A stretch of 63,928 bases of DNA, filler included, from Folioceros fuciformis (lineage: Eukaryota), in assembly GCA_049999805.1 (NCBI GenBank). It is 11 parts of 11 records of this genome, joined end to end, with 100 filler letters (N's around TTAATTAATTAA, not from the genome) between each part and the next. Parts side by side here need not be neighbours in the genome. Positions count along the whole stretch, not along the records: positions 20,757 to 29,790 come from JBNGIO010001135.1; positions 29,891 to 34,126 come from JBNGIO010001136.1; positions 34,227 to 42,405 come from JBNGIO010001137.1; 8 more parts are not named here. One strand, written 5' to 3'. The notes beneath the pieces are model-generated. The model searched no databases. It worked only from the letters and a program-made list of their open reading frames with translations, and had not been told where the DNA came from. Positions 25,201-40,801 of the stretch are shown here, one piece after another; positions within the stretch are counted from its first letter, which is position 1, and each line of letters opens with the position of its first letter. The position numbers and the translations under genes were made by a program.

Positions 25201-28200
25201 AACAGATGCCCTAGAAACCAAACTCTCCTCTCCATCTTGAACATGTTCAGCCTGAAAGTTACTGTCGCCGAGGGCAGACAGCTCTCTCGCCTTATTCCGA
25301 TCTGGCTGTCAACCGTCCAACGCCTCACTCGGGTGCCTCACCAAGGCAGCCCGATCCTCAACAGCAACCCCAAAAAACTTATGATCACCCAGTATATGGC
25401 TACTGACATCCTTCGGGACGTCTCCCACCCAAACCCCTCCTGCATCAGTGGCTACCTTGGCGCAAATCCGCTGCGCCTTGAACGAAAATGGCAAAGAACC
25501 AGCTTGCACCGACACCAAGGCCCCCCCCGACGGGCTGGACTACCGCCTTGGTAGCATCTCTCACCGCCATGACCTCAATCTCCCACTCCATCTCGATGTG
25601 AGATTCTTGCGCCATCTTCCCACCTACCCCAACCCCCGATTCTGTAGCAGCCACACTGGATCTTTCTCGCATAGGCCAGTCGTCCAGAGCCCCAGGAGGG
25701 GTTTGTTGAAGTCGCTTGGAAGGATGGCTTTCCATACCTTCCATGACTGCCTCGCGGTTGGAGCCAACCTCCGCCTATTCCTTAAGAGCGCTCCCCTTGC
25801 CTCCTCTTGCCAGCTCGGGGAGGAGCCCACCGCCCTCCGACGAAAAACCAGATAGGCGATCAGCTGGTTCCAGCGCCAAAGCATCTTCAGGGGCCATATA
25901 ACCCGCACTACTATCTGTTTCCACTGACCCCCGGGAGCCTTTGTCCTACCCCGCCATGATCTTTTCAAGCTTTTCATCCACCACCAGCTCCTCCTCACCT
26001 GGCACGGTCAGAGAGGCCCATGACTATATACAGGTTCTCTGCCTAGCCCTGGACCCTGCTGCCGACTTGAGTTGTGTTGGCAATCCTCGAACTCTCCCTG
26101 ATGTGCCACCAACTCCCCCGCCACCCTCCTATTCTCGTGCCCGGCGAGAGCACCTACCTCCAGGTCGGGATCCTCCCGTGAAACTAACATGTGAGGGACT
26201 GACCCAACCATGCTCATCGAGCTTGAACCTTTCGGATTGAGAACCTGCCTCCAGACTTGTAGCCCGACACCCTTGCATGGTGCCAGCATATTCCCCCCGA
26301 CCAAAGGCTTACCAACGAGCACCGCCCCTACTTCCCCTCCCTCGGGAACACTGTCCCGAGCTACTCTAGAGGAGCTCCCCGGAGTGGGAAGCTCACTGCA
26401 AGCGGTCGATACTACCTTTGAGACGCTGAGAGGCTTGGTGGCATCAAACACTGCCCTCAAGTCTTTGTTGGCTGATGCACTTTCGGGGCATGCAAGTTGA
26501 GACCCGCGCAACGACTTGTCTAGGCCCTTGGTTGCAACATGGCACTCTAGACCCCCGGTTGTACCTTGTTTCTCTTTACGAGGGTCGCAGAGGTTGTTTG
26601 CTGGCACCATCCTTGCTTTCTGGGAGTGCTCGCCATTAACAAGGTCCACCTCCATGGGCACAGAATCCTCTGCGAACATGTCTTCTTCCCTTGTAAGCTC
26701 CCAAGTGCCAGGTAAATTAATCAAGATCGGGGCTGTGAGTAAGCCCAAGAATCCCAAATGAGCCTTGAAGACCACCCTAGAAGCCAGTGTGACTTTGCCT
26801 TTGCCGAACTTCGCATCCCTAATGTAGGCCAGCACCTGTGCTTCCCCCATCCACTGTGACACACAATTGTCTCGGACTGGACACTCAGCACCCACTCAAT
26901 CAGTGTGACCGCAAACAAGATGGAAGAGGAGTCTTCCAGTCGGTGGCACACCATACTGTGTCGAGCCCCTTGAAGAACCTTTCTCACGACTTGTTCTCCA
27001 TAACCCAGCCCTGCCTGAAGCATACCCCGAGACCTTAGCTTAACAGTGTCCAAAAAAACGGAAAACTGGTGCCCCGTCGCTGCCCCAACCTGGAGGGAAT
27101 GCATAGGTAAGGCTCTGAAATCTCCCACCGCCGGCATCCAGTAGTAGAAAACCTTACCCACCTTCTTCCTCATAAGGACACACACCTTGATGTGTGTGTT
27201 GACTACATCCACACTACTCGAGAAGAAACATTTCTGAATTCTACTTGCCCATTGTTGTGTGCGGGGGTTGGACCTCCAAGGTTTCTTGAGAACACCTTGA
27301 AAGCCTGGCAAAGGACCCGAGGGGGCCTTCTCCGATTTATCCCCTCCATTCCCAGCTCTTGAACGGAGAGGGCAAGTTTGCTTAAGGTGGCTCTTCAAGC
27401 CACAAACGCTGCACTTGAAGGCAGATCCGGGTAGTCGAAGAGTTGCGTAAAACACCTAGGTGGGTCCTCCGGATCTCAAACAATGACACCTTCAGGTAGG
27501 TTCAGAAAGCTGTCCACCCTCACGCCAAAACGCGGGGGCTTGCTGCTATCAAAAAAATGGGAATCCACCTTGGGAACCTCCACCACTCGGCCTATGGTCC
27601 CCAAGATCTTGCGTATCATTGGAATGAGTTGCACAGGAAGAGCAGGGAGCCCCACCCAGAGAAATTGCCTCTTGATTTTTTACTGCATAATGGTGCTCCC
27701 CGGGGACCAGGATTCCACCAGCACCGGACTAGAATCTCGAAGAGGCAGCGTTGTGTTTAAGATTGCTTGCGCTCCCGCTACCTCATCACACTTGATTTGA
27801 AAGGAACCATCGGCTTTCAGGAACACATATGCTGGCGGGCATCCCGAGACCTAAGTCACCCAGCTCTCCAGCTCCTCGATGGAAGGGGGGCCACCGGACA
27901 ACATCCGCCCCACAACAGATCTGGCAGCGAGATTGTCTTCTTCCTATTGAAAATACCTTGCTTCCGTAAGAAACTCTGTTAGGGGGCCCAACTGAAGGCC
28001 TGGCCCCTCTTTTGCCGAGCCCGATGCAGATGCTTGAGAAGTGCCCGCTTGTGCCTGTACATGAACATGGTCCTCCACCAACGTCCGTACCTGAGCGTTG
28101 TTTTTAGCTTCAGCTTTTGTCCGGCTAGCGTCAGGTGGATTAGGGTCCTTTCCCCCTGCGTTTAGCCTCCTCGCACTCTGTTTACTAGAACACATACTAA

Positions 28201-28258
28201 CCACAGCCGCCCATGTGCCAACTGGTGAACCCCCCCGTGGGGGGCTCATCGCTTCCAT
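22208..28258 (-). mobile_element. Degenerate ~6-kb LINE ORF1/gag-like coding region (DUF4283-like + CCHC knuckle); no RT seen
   Basis: ...WVGLPALPVQLIPMIRKILGTIGRVV...PRFGVRVD...FKCSVCGLKSHLKQTCP at ~27350-27700, then a chain of frameshifted ORF pieces down to 22208. Confidence 0.7.
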
Positions 28259-28332
28259 TGAGGCCCCAAGCTAGGCCGTTGCCAGCATCGCCTTCATCGC
28301 CCACTCAAGCCCCAGCTCCCGAGACCTCAACT

Positions 28333-29790
28333 TCACTTGGAGGACATCTTGATATTCAGTTCTACCTTAGAGGAGCATGTCCAACACTTGAGGAAAGTGT
28401 TAGAAAGGTTAAGAGCAAATTCTTTGTTCTTAGCTATAACAAAGTATGACTTTGTGAAGGAAGAGATAGACTTCCTTGGATTCGTTTTCTTTCCTAATGG
28501 AATCAAGATGGATCTTGATAAGGTAAAAGCCAAGCAGAGTGGGCTGCCGCCAAGCAATGTGCATGAGGTGTGTATGTTTTTGGGATTGGCTAGCGTGTAT
28601 GGAAGATTTGTGCCAATGTTTGCCAAGATTGCTGCCCCACTAACTGATCTCATGCAAAAGCCAAAGGCTTGGAAGTGAGATAAAGAATGTCAGAGGGCAT
28701 TCGAGTTTCTAAAGTTGAAACTTAACACTACCCCAGTATTAGCAATCTATGATCGAAGAGGAATACTTAACGACACTATGTACAGATGGACTAGAAAGAT
28801 TGGATTAATCTTCTTGAGGATGCAGTGTTTTTTTATAACAATATTGTACATAGCTCCATAGGTTATACACCTTTTCAGATGATAGGTAACAAAACAATGG
28901 ACATAGTTTTCATGTTGAATGCTATCGTGTTTGAAACAACAGTAAGAGAACCATATGGATTTTTTGAGTAGTTGAGGGCCAGGCATGAAATTGCTGAGAG
29001 AATTTTGGCCAAAGCTCAATATAAGCAAAAGAAGTTTGCTAATAGGCACAGGAAAAAAGTAGAATTTCAAGTGGGTAACAAGGTTTGGGTGAAGTTGAAG
29101 CACTTCTTAGTACCTCAAGGATTGTCCCCAAAGTTAAGGCCTAAGTATGGAGGTCCTTTGTAGTTCTGAAGCGCATTGAGAATGTGGCTTATAAATTACA
29201 ACTACCTAATTGGATCTTCTCTTATGATGTGTTTTATGTCTCTTTGCTGAAACTGTTTGTGATTTCGAAAGAGAATGAAGACATGAATAAGAAAGACTAT
29301 GTCATCTTAGTTCAATATAACCATAGTCTGCAAGAGATTGTTGAGTTCCTAACAAAGAGAGAAGTGCTTTCTGTTTGTGGTAATGTTTAGGAGTATCTAG
29401 TAAGGCTTCATGATTTTGCAGATCATGTTCGGGTTTCACTTTAAGATGTGTAACAAGGATCATGGATGATCTCATGTCATACCACAAGTCATTGAAGACA
29501 ATTACATCTTCCTAGTGGGAGAGAGAGTAATGGCACAAGTGAAATAAGGTGAAAATTAAAAGTAGAAAAAATACAAGCTAAATCTAAAACTGTCTTGATG
29601 AAGAAGCAAGTAGGCTTCTTACTACCTTTGGAAACTAGACATGTGTTCTAGGCAAAACCTCTTAAGAAGGATGGAGTTGTAATGACCACTAGTATTTTGA
29701 GATGAGTGGTGTGTATGATTTCCCAGCTTTAGAAGTGGCTTAACTGTGGAGTGTAAAAAAGCTAGGGCTAAGGCCTTGAGACACAAAGAG
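28333..29790 (+). mobile_element. Ty3/Gypsy pol relic (RT end, connection, integrase C-terminus) with PPT and start of 3' LTR
   Basis: DILIFSSTLEEHVQHLRKVLERL...FLGLASVYGRFVPMFAKIAAPLTDL; KKVEFQVGNKVWVK...KLRPKYGGP; VAYKLQLP...DVFYVSLLK; purine tract GGGAGAGAGAG at ~29517-29527. Contains an internal deletion and stops. Confidence 0.9.
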
Positions 29791-30018
29791 NNNNNNNNNN
29801 NNNNNNNNNNNNNNNNNNNNNNNNNNNNNNNNNNTTAATTAATTAANNNNNNNNNNNNNNNNNNNNNNNNNNNNNNNNNNNNNNNNNNNNCGCTTGAAAG
29901 ACGCCCTGCCGCTGGCTCTGTAGCCGGCATTCAATTTTTGTCGGCACGCGGACTCCCGCGGCTGCTGCTGCTAAATTCTGCTGCAGCTCGAGCTCGAGGA
30001 TTGAGAAGCGGTGGAATC

Positions 30019-32492
<2,474 letters not shown>

Positions 32493-33573
32493 TTTTCTGG
32501 AATGTTTGTTAACTTAAATGAGCGGGGAATGTATTTGTTGGTTGCTTGTAAGATTCGACGGTGAATTTCTCAAGCACAAGGGCTTGAGACCTGAAATTTT
32601 GCTCGACTTCACTTACCTCTTGATATTCTTCTTTGTTTGGATCAACTGATGTTACTAACATGACCCTTGACCTTAAACTCTCTTCAGGTGATTTAACGAC
32701 ACTCTATGGTTCCACTTGCAGAGGATGTTGGCAATATGCTATGGGGTGAAATGTCCCACTAATTTATCAAGAGCCTGAAAGGAATCACTAGATCGCAGCG
32801 CGGCAAAGAACACATTTGAGAAGATGAACACGTTCGAGAAGATCCAACCCGATGGAACTGCTGAACACATTCGAGAAGATGGAACTGCAGAACATATTCC
32901 AAAAGACAACTGCAAAACACATTCGTGGAGATCTTGCACAGGTCTACTTTTGATCGCCACTTCCCATGGCAACTGTTCCGGGTGTGAATGTAAATATCAT
33001 AGTGAAACGTAGGATGAAAGAGGTTGTAATTACTATAAAATTTTATAAGTATATTTTAAGAGAAATGGAAAATTCCATCTACTCAAAACAAGAGAGGAAA
33101 AGACACCGGAGGCCCCAAAGCTATGAAAGGGACTAGCCCTAGTGAATACGCGTTGCCATGGTATCCACAAATATGTACATTAGACCTTGCTTTGTGTGAG
33201 CTAAGTGCATAAACCATCTGGGCTAAAACAAAATTCTCTTCGAAACAAAATTTTGTTGCAAACATAAAAAAATCTCTCTTCATGAAATTGGATTTATGCG
33301 GGGAAATGTGATTATATTTCTCCCTCGTTTGTTGAGCAAGCACGTCATGAGCCAGCACTTTTCGTTCACTGGTGTGGTAGCTGGACAAGGCTTGGCAGCA
33401 GTTCTTAACGGGGAGTTGCATGCGACTCTTTCTCCACTAGGGGTGTGAACGCCAATGCCATAAAGCGCGCCCCTGCTTGTACTGTCACACACACTTGTTC
33501 TTCCTTCACTTTGGCCAGTCTTTAGTTCTTGCACCCTTGAAGAGTTTGCTGCAAGTTAGTGCAATTTCCAGCC

Positions 33574-34126
33574 ATGGCGCATACGGGGAGGCTGGGCGTG
33601 ATGGTTGCCGGCCTCCTGCTGGCCGCGCTGGTGGCCACGGCAATGGGTGACCAGTCTCAGTGCGCGAGGCTGGAAGCCGAGAGGATGCTTGAGTCCGAGG
33701 GAGGTCGGCTCGACATGTGGAGATCGGATCGGTGCGAGGCTCTGGAGAATGCTGGCATGGAAGGCGCGCGCATCCAATTGAGGGAACGCGGGTTCCTGCT
33801 GCCCAAGTACACCGACTCTGCGCTGCTCATTTACTGCACCCGAGGTACATGAACCGCAATGCCAATTCTGCAGAGTGGAGAGTTGTGCAGAGGTTCCGGA
33901 ACGCATCTGAATCTGTGGTTCACTCTGCCGGCTGATTACTGGTTACAGGACAGGCCATGATGGGCATGAGCCTGCCGAGACTACCGCATGATCCGGAAGG
34001 GCGAGGTTGTAGCAGTCCCACGGGGTATGGTGTTCTGGTTCTACAACATGGGAGACGAGAGTCCGGGCTGTGAGTGTGCGCGGGGTGGTGACCATCGCCG
34101 GGAGGAAGACCGCGAACGGAAGCACC
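33574..34126 (+). pseudogene. 11S globulin/legumin-type cupin with signal peptide (frameshifted, truncated by gap)
   Basis: Signal peptide; ESEGGRLDMW...CEALENAG...GFLLPKYTD; intron 33845-33948; IRKGEVVAVPRGMVFWFYNMGD requires a +1 shift at ~33978. Confidence 0.75.
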
Positions 34127-37100
34127 NNNNNNNNNNNNNNNNNNNNNNNNNNNNNNNNNNNNNNNNNNNNTTAATTAATTAANNNNNNNNNNNNNNNNNN
34201 NNNNNNNNNNNNNNNNNNNNNNNNNNGCCTCGGGCATTCCTGTGGATGTTCTGTCAAAAACGTTTGGCGTGGGAGCCAAACACGTGAAGTCCCTTGAGAG
34301 GAAACAGGGGGCCTTCTACCCACAGTGATGAAGCTTTCTGTAACATTTTTGCCCAATCCCGTGTACAAAGTGTGTATAAGAAGCTGTGAACAAAGGTTTG
34401 TTTTCTTCGATTTGGTGTATCTATTTGCATAGCAAACGCATCCAAAGCCCCCTTTGCCGTCACTCTCTGATTGCCTGACAATCATACTGCTGGGGCTGTC
34501 GATTGTCATCTTGTCAACCGACCCGTCTTTATCATTGCACTTCAGGGTCACGTACAGACCATTTTGAGTCTACCTGTCCGCACCAAAACTGCGCATCCAC
34601 CTCTCCGATTGTTAACCTTCCATCCACCATCATTTGCAGGTCATCTGGTTTCTTCATGTATGTCGTTTGAACCACGTACCGTGTTCAGGCCCAAAACTGT
34701 CATCTTTGATTTGAGCAACACAACACATGTCCATTGCAAGTTGTATTCACCAAACATCACATGATCTGGTCTTCGGGGACGGATTCTCACAACAAGCGTA
34801 CTCCATTCGTTTCACGGACAGCGTGTAGGCAACAAGCATGACAGCGAAGTCCAGGCATAGCAAGCAAAACATGTGAAACATGACCTACATAGGACATGAC
34901 ATCAAAATTTCAAAGACGAAAGGCAGCCTATCCACACCAGTTACTTGAGGCCACTGTTGTTTGCTGTCCGATATCGGAAGTATGTCTTCTTTACGACAAA
35001 CTTGACCGATCGAAAGCAAAATAATGGAAGGACACCACATCTCGTGTCAAAACTTTCACATGACACTAAGCAACCCATCAATCCGGGATGATCCCTTCCT
35101 TGGGTTTAGGGTTAGGGTTCTGCTCTACCACACAAAGCACCAGCTCAACTACTAGGCAAGGACGAGCATGGCAGAGAATCCCCTTTTGGTGCTCAATCTA
35201 GCACCCCACTTATGTCTACCAACCACCTTACGGTTTAGAGTTTTTCCCCAAGAGGGTGCCTGCCCTCCAACCCATTTCGGGCTCATGCTTGGACTCGGCC
35301 CTTACCTTTGTTACGAGCTCAAATACCTCTAGCCTCTAACCCGTGGCGGATATCTCCAGCCTCCGGCCCGTGTCGAGATCATTCTCACTCTTGGCCCCTT
35401 CCTTTTATCACAGGTGCAAATTGCTCTGAAGCATGTCTTCGCTCCACCTCTGAAGCTTGGCCTTTCTATTGGGCAAGGCCTTTTTCTAGGGAAGTTAGAT
35501 GGGAAGGGCCTCCTTTGATAAGCCAAGCAAATGCAAACATGTATCCTCTCTCTTTATATTGATAGTGTATAGTTGTTGACCAAAATGTCGTTGAATGAAA
35601 ATATGTGAAGCATTTTTCAAAGAAGAAGACGAAGAAGAAAAACACAATCAAAGTAATAGTACTTCGGGCAAAGAAGACCAATATGAAACAAGGGCTCGCA
35701 TCTTAGGACTTCATAGTTAGGGAAACCAATGTGCCCCTAATGATGGCTACTTGCAATAAATTTAAACCAACTAGGCCTGTAACTACAACCTCTCCCCATA
35801 TCAAAGTATGACCGCAATTTATCGCTTCCTTCCATGTAGTCTCAGCTTCTATTGTTCAGAAGCCTGACTCCTCCAATACTACTTCTACGCCCAAACGCCA
35901 ATACTACTCCTATGCCCAAACGCTCGACTCCTTAAGTATTACTTCTACTGCTCAAATTCTAACAACTCCTCTAGTGTTATTTGTCTTATTGAACTATCAG
36001 ATATTCGTTGCCCAAAGAAGAGGGACAATCAATGAAGGTGAGCAAGCATGTGTAAACATGTGCGAGCTTGTATCACATTCTAGGTATGGTACCTAAGAAA
36101 GTTACAAGAGGGGCAATGCATTGCCCCCTCCGATGGGTGGCAAGCCCTCTTGTCCATTAGGAGTATAACGGCACACCAAATATGAAACCACCCATAGTCC
36201 AAAGCTTAAAACCCTAGTAGGCAACAGAAGATTGGCTAAAATGGATACGTTCCTATCAAAACATGTACTTGTAATTGGGGCACAATGTACTCGTAATTGG
36301 GACACTTACTGGTCAACGTTTGGTCTCAAGTTCCTCTTTTTCACGAAAACTGAACTTGAAGGGTAAAATTGAAGTCACATGAGGAACACGAATAGGTTTC
36401 TTTAGATTACTGAAAATATCATCCCTCTACCTTACATATTCATATGAAGCACAAAAATGTATTTAGTTATTAGTATGTGGACCATGCACATCTTCATGCT
36501 CCACATCCGAAGAGTCTACAATGATAGCCACATCTTGCAAAAGGTTTTTAGGTTCTTGTTCAAAGGTGTCGACTTCCTTTAAAGCTTGCAAGTCCTCAAT
36601 AGTTGTCTTGTTCCCCAAGAAGAATCTAGGATGGTTTGTCCTTTCTTCATTAATTCAATTCCACCCCCTGCTAATGCTCCATTTGAAATCCTTAGCTCAA
36701 AACATATATAGACCTCTTTTATGAAGCTCAAGACCCTTTCAATTGTTCACATCCTAGATGAAACGTTAGAAGTCTTTAGGGTTTAGGATTTAAAGTGTCC
36801 ATGTCTTTTAATTGATGCACAAATGGAAAGGGAACAATAGTTGTTAGATTTAAAGGTGTCCACAAAAAAGCTCATTTGTCGCTAGAAAGGAAAAAAAGAT
36901 GGGGTATCGGCCTATAGCTTGTTTTTTTCATGAGAAAAAGGTCGGATTAGGACAGCTTGTGCTGTAAGTAAGAGTACAAGGTGCTACATTAGGGGGCGGA
37001 TGGCCTCTATAGATGTAGTGCTAATCTGGTAATGCTTAACAGATTACCTGAAGTAGTAACCATGGAGTAGCGGCGCCTCAACCAGAGGCCCAACACCACA

Positions 37101-37189
37101 GTTAAGATTCGCCAAAAGGCCTTACCCCCTCCAAGGGCACACGTAGTTCCATTTCGTGTCACTCCCTAGGGTGAGAAAGCCAGCTCGTC

Positions 37190-37400
37190 TCCATTGCTTG
37201 CACTTGAATTTCCTCGGGGACGCTAACCTTAAACCTTCAGCAGCAATTGGCCCTTACCAATATGGTAGGAATGAATTTGGACTTCTCCTCGCCTGGAATG
37301 AAATCATGGTACCTTGCCCAAGGGATGTAGCATACCTTCACAGAGGTCACCACTTACTTTTGAGTATGCATTGTATCTTGCCACTGTAAGCATTCTTCAG
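37190..37400 (-). mobile_element. Possible Mutator/SWIM-type transposase relic
   Basis: VCYIPWARYHDFIPGEE resembles the 'IPxxRxxDFxxGE' N-terminal motif of plant MULE-derived SWIM proteins. Short and decayed. Confidence 0.35.
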
Positions 37401-37561
37401 AAGCATCGGTTGCCTCCTTCTAGCTTCCACCCTCCCTGACACCTTTCTAACACATGAAACAGTGGTTCGTTCTGATCCTACACCGCGTCTATAACCCCCA
37501 CATACCTTTTCGAGCTTCTTCTCAAATGTAGACTTCTACCCAACTCCCTTAGGAACATCAA

Positions 37562-37795
37562 TCCCTCATTAAAACCGCCATGCCTCTGTTCTCCCTCATT
37601 AAAACCGCCATGCCTCTGTTCTGTACACCCTTTAGTCGACGATGAAAAACTAAATTCTGCTTACCATCGACGGAAAGAAACAAAACCCCGTGTACCGTCG
37701 ACAGAAAGCAACGAAACTCCATTTACCTTCGACGGAATGAAACAAAACATCGTTCACCGTCAACAGGAAGATGTCAAACTACGTTCACGGTCGAC
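37562..37795. repeat. 30-bp duplication plus ~30-bp degenerate tandem array with CCGTCGAC core
   Basis: TCCCTCATTAAAACCGCCATGCCTCTGTTCT x2, then ACCGTCGACGGAAxxAAxxAAA-like units ~5-6 times. Confidence 0.7.
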
Positions 37796-38318
37796 AATAC
37801 TCCTGCCTGGTTACTTTCATCGACACTGGTAAGAACGATACCGATGAGAACGACAGTTGGTCTGCTTGGCAACATGGAAATCAGAAAAGCGTTTCAATCC
37901 ACGGTCAATCATTACACGATGGGAGGAGCACAAGGTTGTGTGATGCGGATGTGCAGCAGTGTGAACACCTTTCGTGGCGTTCAGAAGGAGGAAACACATC
38001 AGCCTTCTGGTTCCCTTCCTCATCTGTGAAGAGGACCCTCACATAAAGGAAGATAGATGCACACGAGGTTGTCACTCCCGATAGCAGCAGGTCATCACCA
38101 AGGTTCGCCGAAGACAAGTAGAATTAGTCATTAACGGATTGGATATCTTGGTCCAATCACAGGTGGGATTCCACAAATGAAAACAATTTTCGACAAAACG
38201 CAAGGTTGGCCACTGCTGAGCGACAGAGAGCGAGTCATTCGTCTTTGACAAAGAGGCATCCCTACTGGGATCAGTTCGTCAAACTCTCAGCCCATAATTT
38301 TGTTCAAAAGATGTTGGC

Positions 38319-39043
38319 CTAGAGCCCAAGCTTAGTTCTCCTCCAGTGTCTCCTTTTGGCATTATACCTGCAATGCGACGACTCAGAAAGGTCACAACGA
38401 CGGACTCGTACCCTGAAGAACAGGGTCATCTTCAAAGAAAATGATACACAGCGGGAGTCACCACGTGAACAGCACATCAGTAAACGCATCCAAGCCCAGT
38501 CCAGGAAAATACCATGCACACAAGGGGATCACAACCAGGACTAAGACAACAAGGGACACAATCACCCCGAACGGCTGAACCTTAGCGTAAAGCAAGGAAC
38601 AGCCTCGGCAAACCCTAACCGCAAAGCTTCACACTCGTCTCTGGCAGGGGGGGGCTAGCAAATCCACGCATGAACGACAACATGAGCTCGTACTAACAAG
38701 CAAGCAGGATGCCTACGCTGGTACGCTACCGTGGTAGACCAAGACATGAAATGGTAGGAGGGATGACACACGAAACCTTATGGTGTTATCCGTTCGCATA
38801 CGGATCCAGTGAGGAATAGGCCTGTTTTGCTTCATCTTCTTCGCCAACTTCTTCTTGATCCTGAACGTCTTTTGGGAAGGCTGCACGGCAAGGTTGTTGT
38901 GCGTCAGAGCGGACAAGCGGACGATCAAAGGCACGCGACGAAGCTCAGCCTTGGTCTCCAAACAACACAAGAACCACAGCAAATCAAAACCCGCCCACAA
39001 TCATGGATCACCAGCCACAGGACAGAATCTAAGAACATACCAT
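38319..39043 (-). CDS. RPL39: 60S ribosomal protein L39 (eL39), 3 exons
   Basis: ATG-only exon 39043-39041; exon 38880-38777 [35 protein letters not shown]; exon 38367-38319 [15 protein letters not shown]. Confidence 0.97.
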
Positions 39044-39444
39044 GGTGCCGATAGCACGGATCCGCAGTCGCCGTGAATCGTGAACAGCCCGAGCTCAGAA
39101 ACCAACTTTCGACCCAGAGAGTTTGACATGAGGCCGACTAAGTATTAGGGCTTCAACAACTTTTAAAAAATAGGGCTTCTGTGATTATTAGGGTTTCCAA
39201 AGCTTGTTGGTTGCTATCAGGGAATAGGGCTACGGTGTGTATAAGTCCCCTAGATATCTGAGACCGGTAGCAAGTCTTCAATGTCGGCCGGTAGGTTGAG
39301 GGCTAGGTGATGTCCGCCACCTTCTAGCCCCCAATCTTCCGGTCTTCGTTGACATCGCGCCCTCTTGTTTTGGGTGGGTTCGATTGTCTCCATCGTCATG
39401 GAGGGCTCTAGAGTTCGTTTTGTACAGTCGTGCCGTTGAGATAT
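39044..39444. promoter_or_regulatory. Putative bidirectional promoter RPL39/YqgF-like with telo-box
   Basis: ~400 bp between divergent starts; TAGGGTTT at 39189-39196. Confidence 0.5.
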
Positions 39445-40801
39445 ATGAGCCAACCTTCAGAAGGAATGCGGCGGGTATCTTCCAAGGAGCTGCTCAAGCT
39501 GATCCGCCCTGGTCAACGCCTTTTAGGGATGGACGTAGGAGATCGTAACATCGGCTTGGCTATTTCGGATGGTGCAAATCGGGTCGCCTCTCCCCACTGG
39601 TTTGTGTTTCGGTTTCCTCTGCTCCGAACGCACTTTGCATCCCCGGGCTTCGCTGACCTGGTTATGAGGCGGAAAGCCCTATGCAGGTGCTAGACGTTGT
39701 GTGCTCCGTGTTGCATGGTCGATGCTACACCATCTTCCATGTGTCTATAGTAGCACTACATTTCACTGCTTCCTAGAATTGTGGGTGTTTTCTGCCAGTA
39801 TATTAGGGTTGAACCAGTCCAACCCAGATTGTTTGACATCTTTAGTTATGGACCCATCTCCTAAGCTTGGCTGAGTACGCTGTTTTGATCTGGTTCTCTA
39901 AGGGTGTATGTGTGTCGTCTTCTTCCTCGGCAGACGGTTTCGCTATTTATCATCCTACCAAAGTCTCTGTTTGTATGCATGTTGCTGTGAAGGTCTGCGT
40001 GGTTTGAACATTGATAACGATTTAGTTGTTCTGTAAATCATCATTTAATTGAACGTTTCATCTTGTTGCAGTGTCCTTTACAGAAAGCAGTCAGCCGTGG
40101 CTGATAACATTCAGACCTTACAAAGGATGGTAACTCTCCTTAAAACATGCTTGTACGGTCTCCAGTGTTCACCCTTCTCTAGGGTGATCTCAGTTTATGT
40201 ATGTGCGCTGTCAGGTGACTCAACTATCTGTCATCGGACTCGTTATTGGCTATCCCCTTGCCTTGTCTGGCCGGGAAGGTTCCCAGGTGCCCAAGTTCAA
40301 CGCCTGTGCCACCCAATTTATCATAGTTCTCTTACTTTCACAGTTCCTTGTAACGGTATGCCTGCCTTGATGGTTCGCAGGGGGCAAAGACTAGGGCATT
40401 TGTGAAGGAATTGCAGAGTTCCGGAAAATTTGATCGGCTTTACTACATTTTTTGGGACGAGCGTCTTACAACTGCGGTGTGTACTGGTTGAGGAAGCTTT
40501 GCAATTCTCCCAACTTCGCCAAATGTTGTCTTTTCCTCGGCGTACTCATGGAGATAACAGTCTCACAGATCGTGGAAAATGCTGTCGGAGCATTGGACAT
40601 CACAGGACGTCGAAGAAAGAGTATCATGGATAAGTTCTCGGCTCTGACTATTCTTCAGGTTTTCTTTATTTCCTTCAGCATATTCTGTCCGCTGCTCTTG
40701 CCTTTGTATGTCCCTGTATCTCGACTTTTTCCATCTGTTGACTGCTACAGGGTTGCCTCGATGAGTTGCTACGGCTCAAGATAGATGCACCTCTCTCTTA
40801 G
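39445..40801 (+). CDS. YqgF/RuvX-family RNase H-fold nuclease (putative pre-16S rRNA nuclease), ~6 exons
   Basis: RLLGMDVGDRNIGLAISD, GLVIGYPL, FWDERLTTA, IMDKFSALTILQ|GCLD. Last exon 40751-40801; start codon uncertain (39445 or ~39466). Confidence 0.88.

Noticed and set aside
34227-34900. Minus-strand 126-aa ORF at contig start
   Set aside because: No homology recognised and it runs into the linker.
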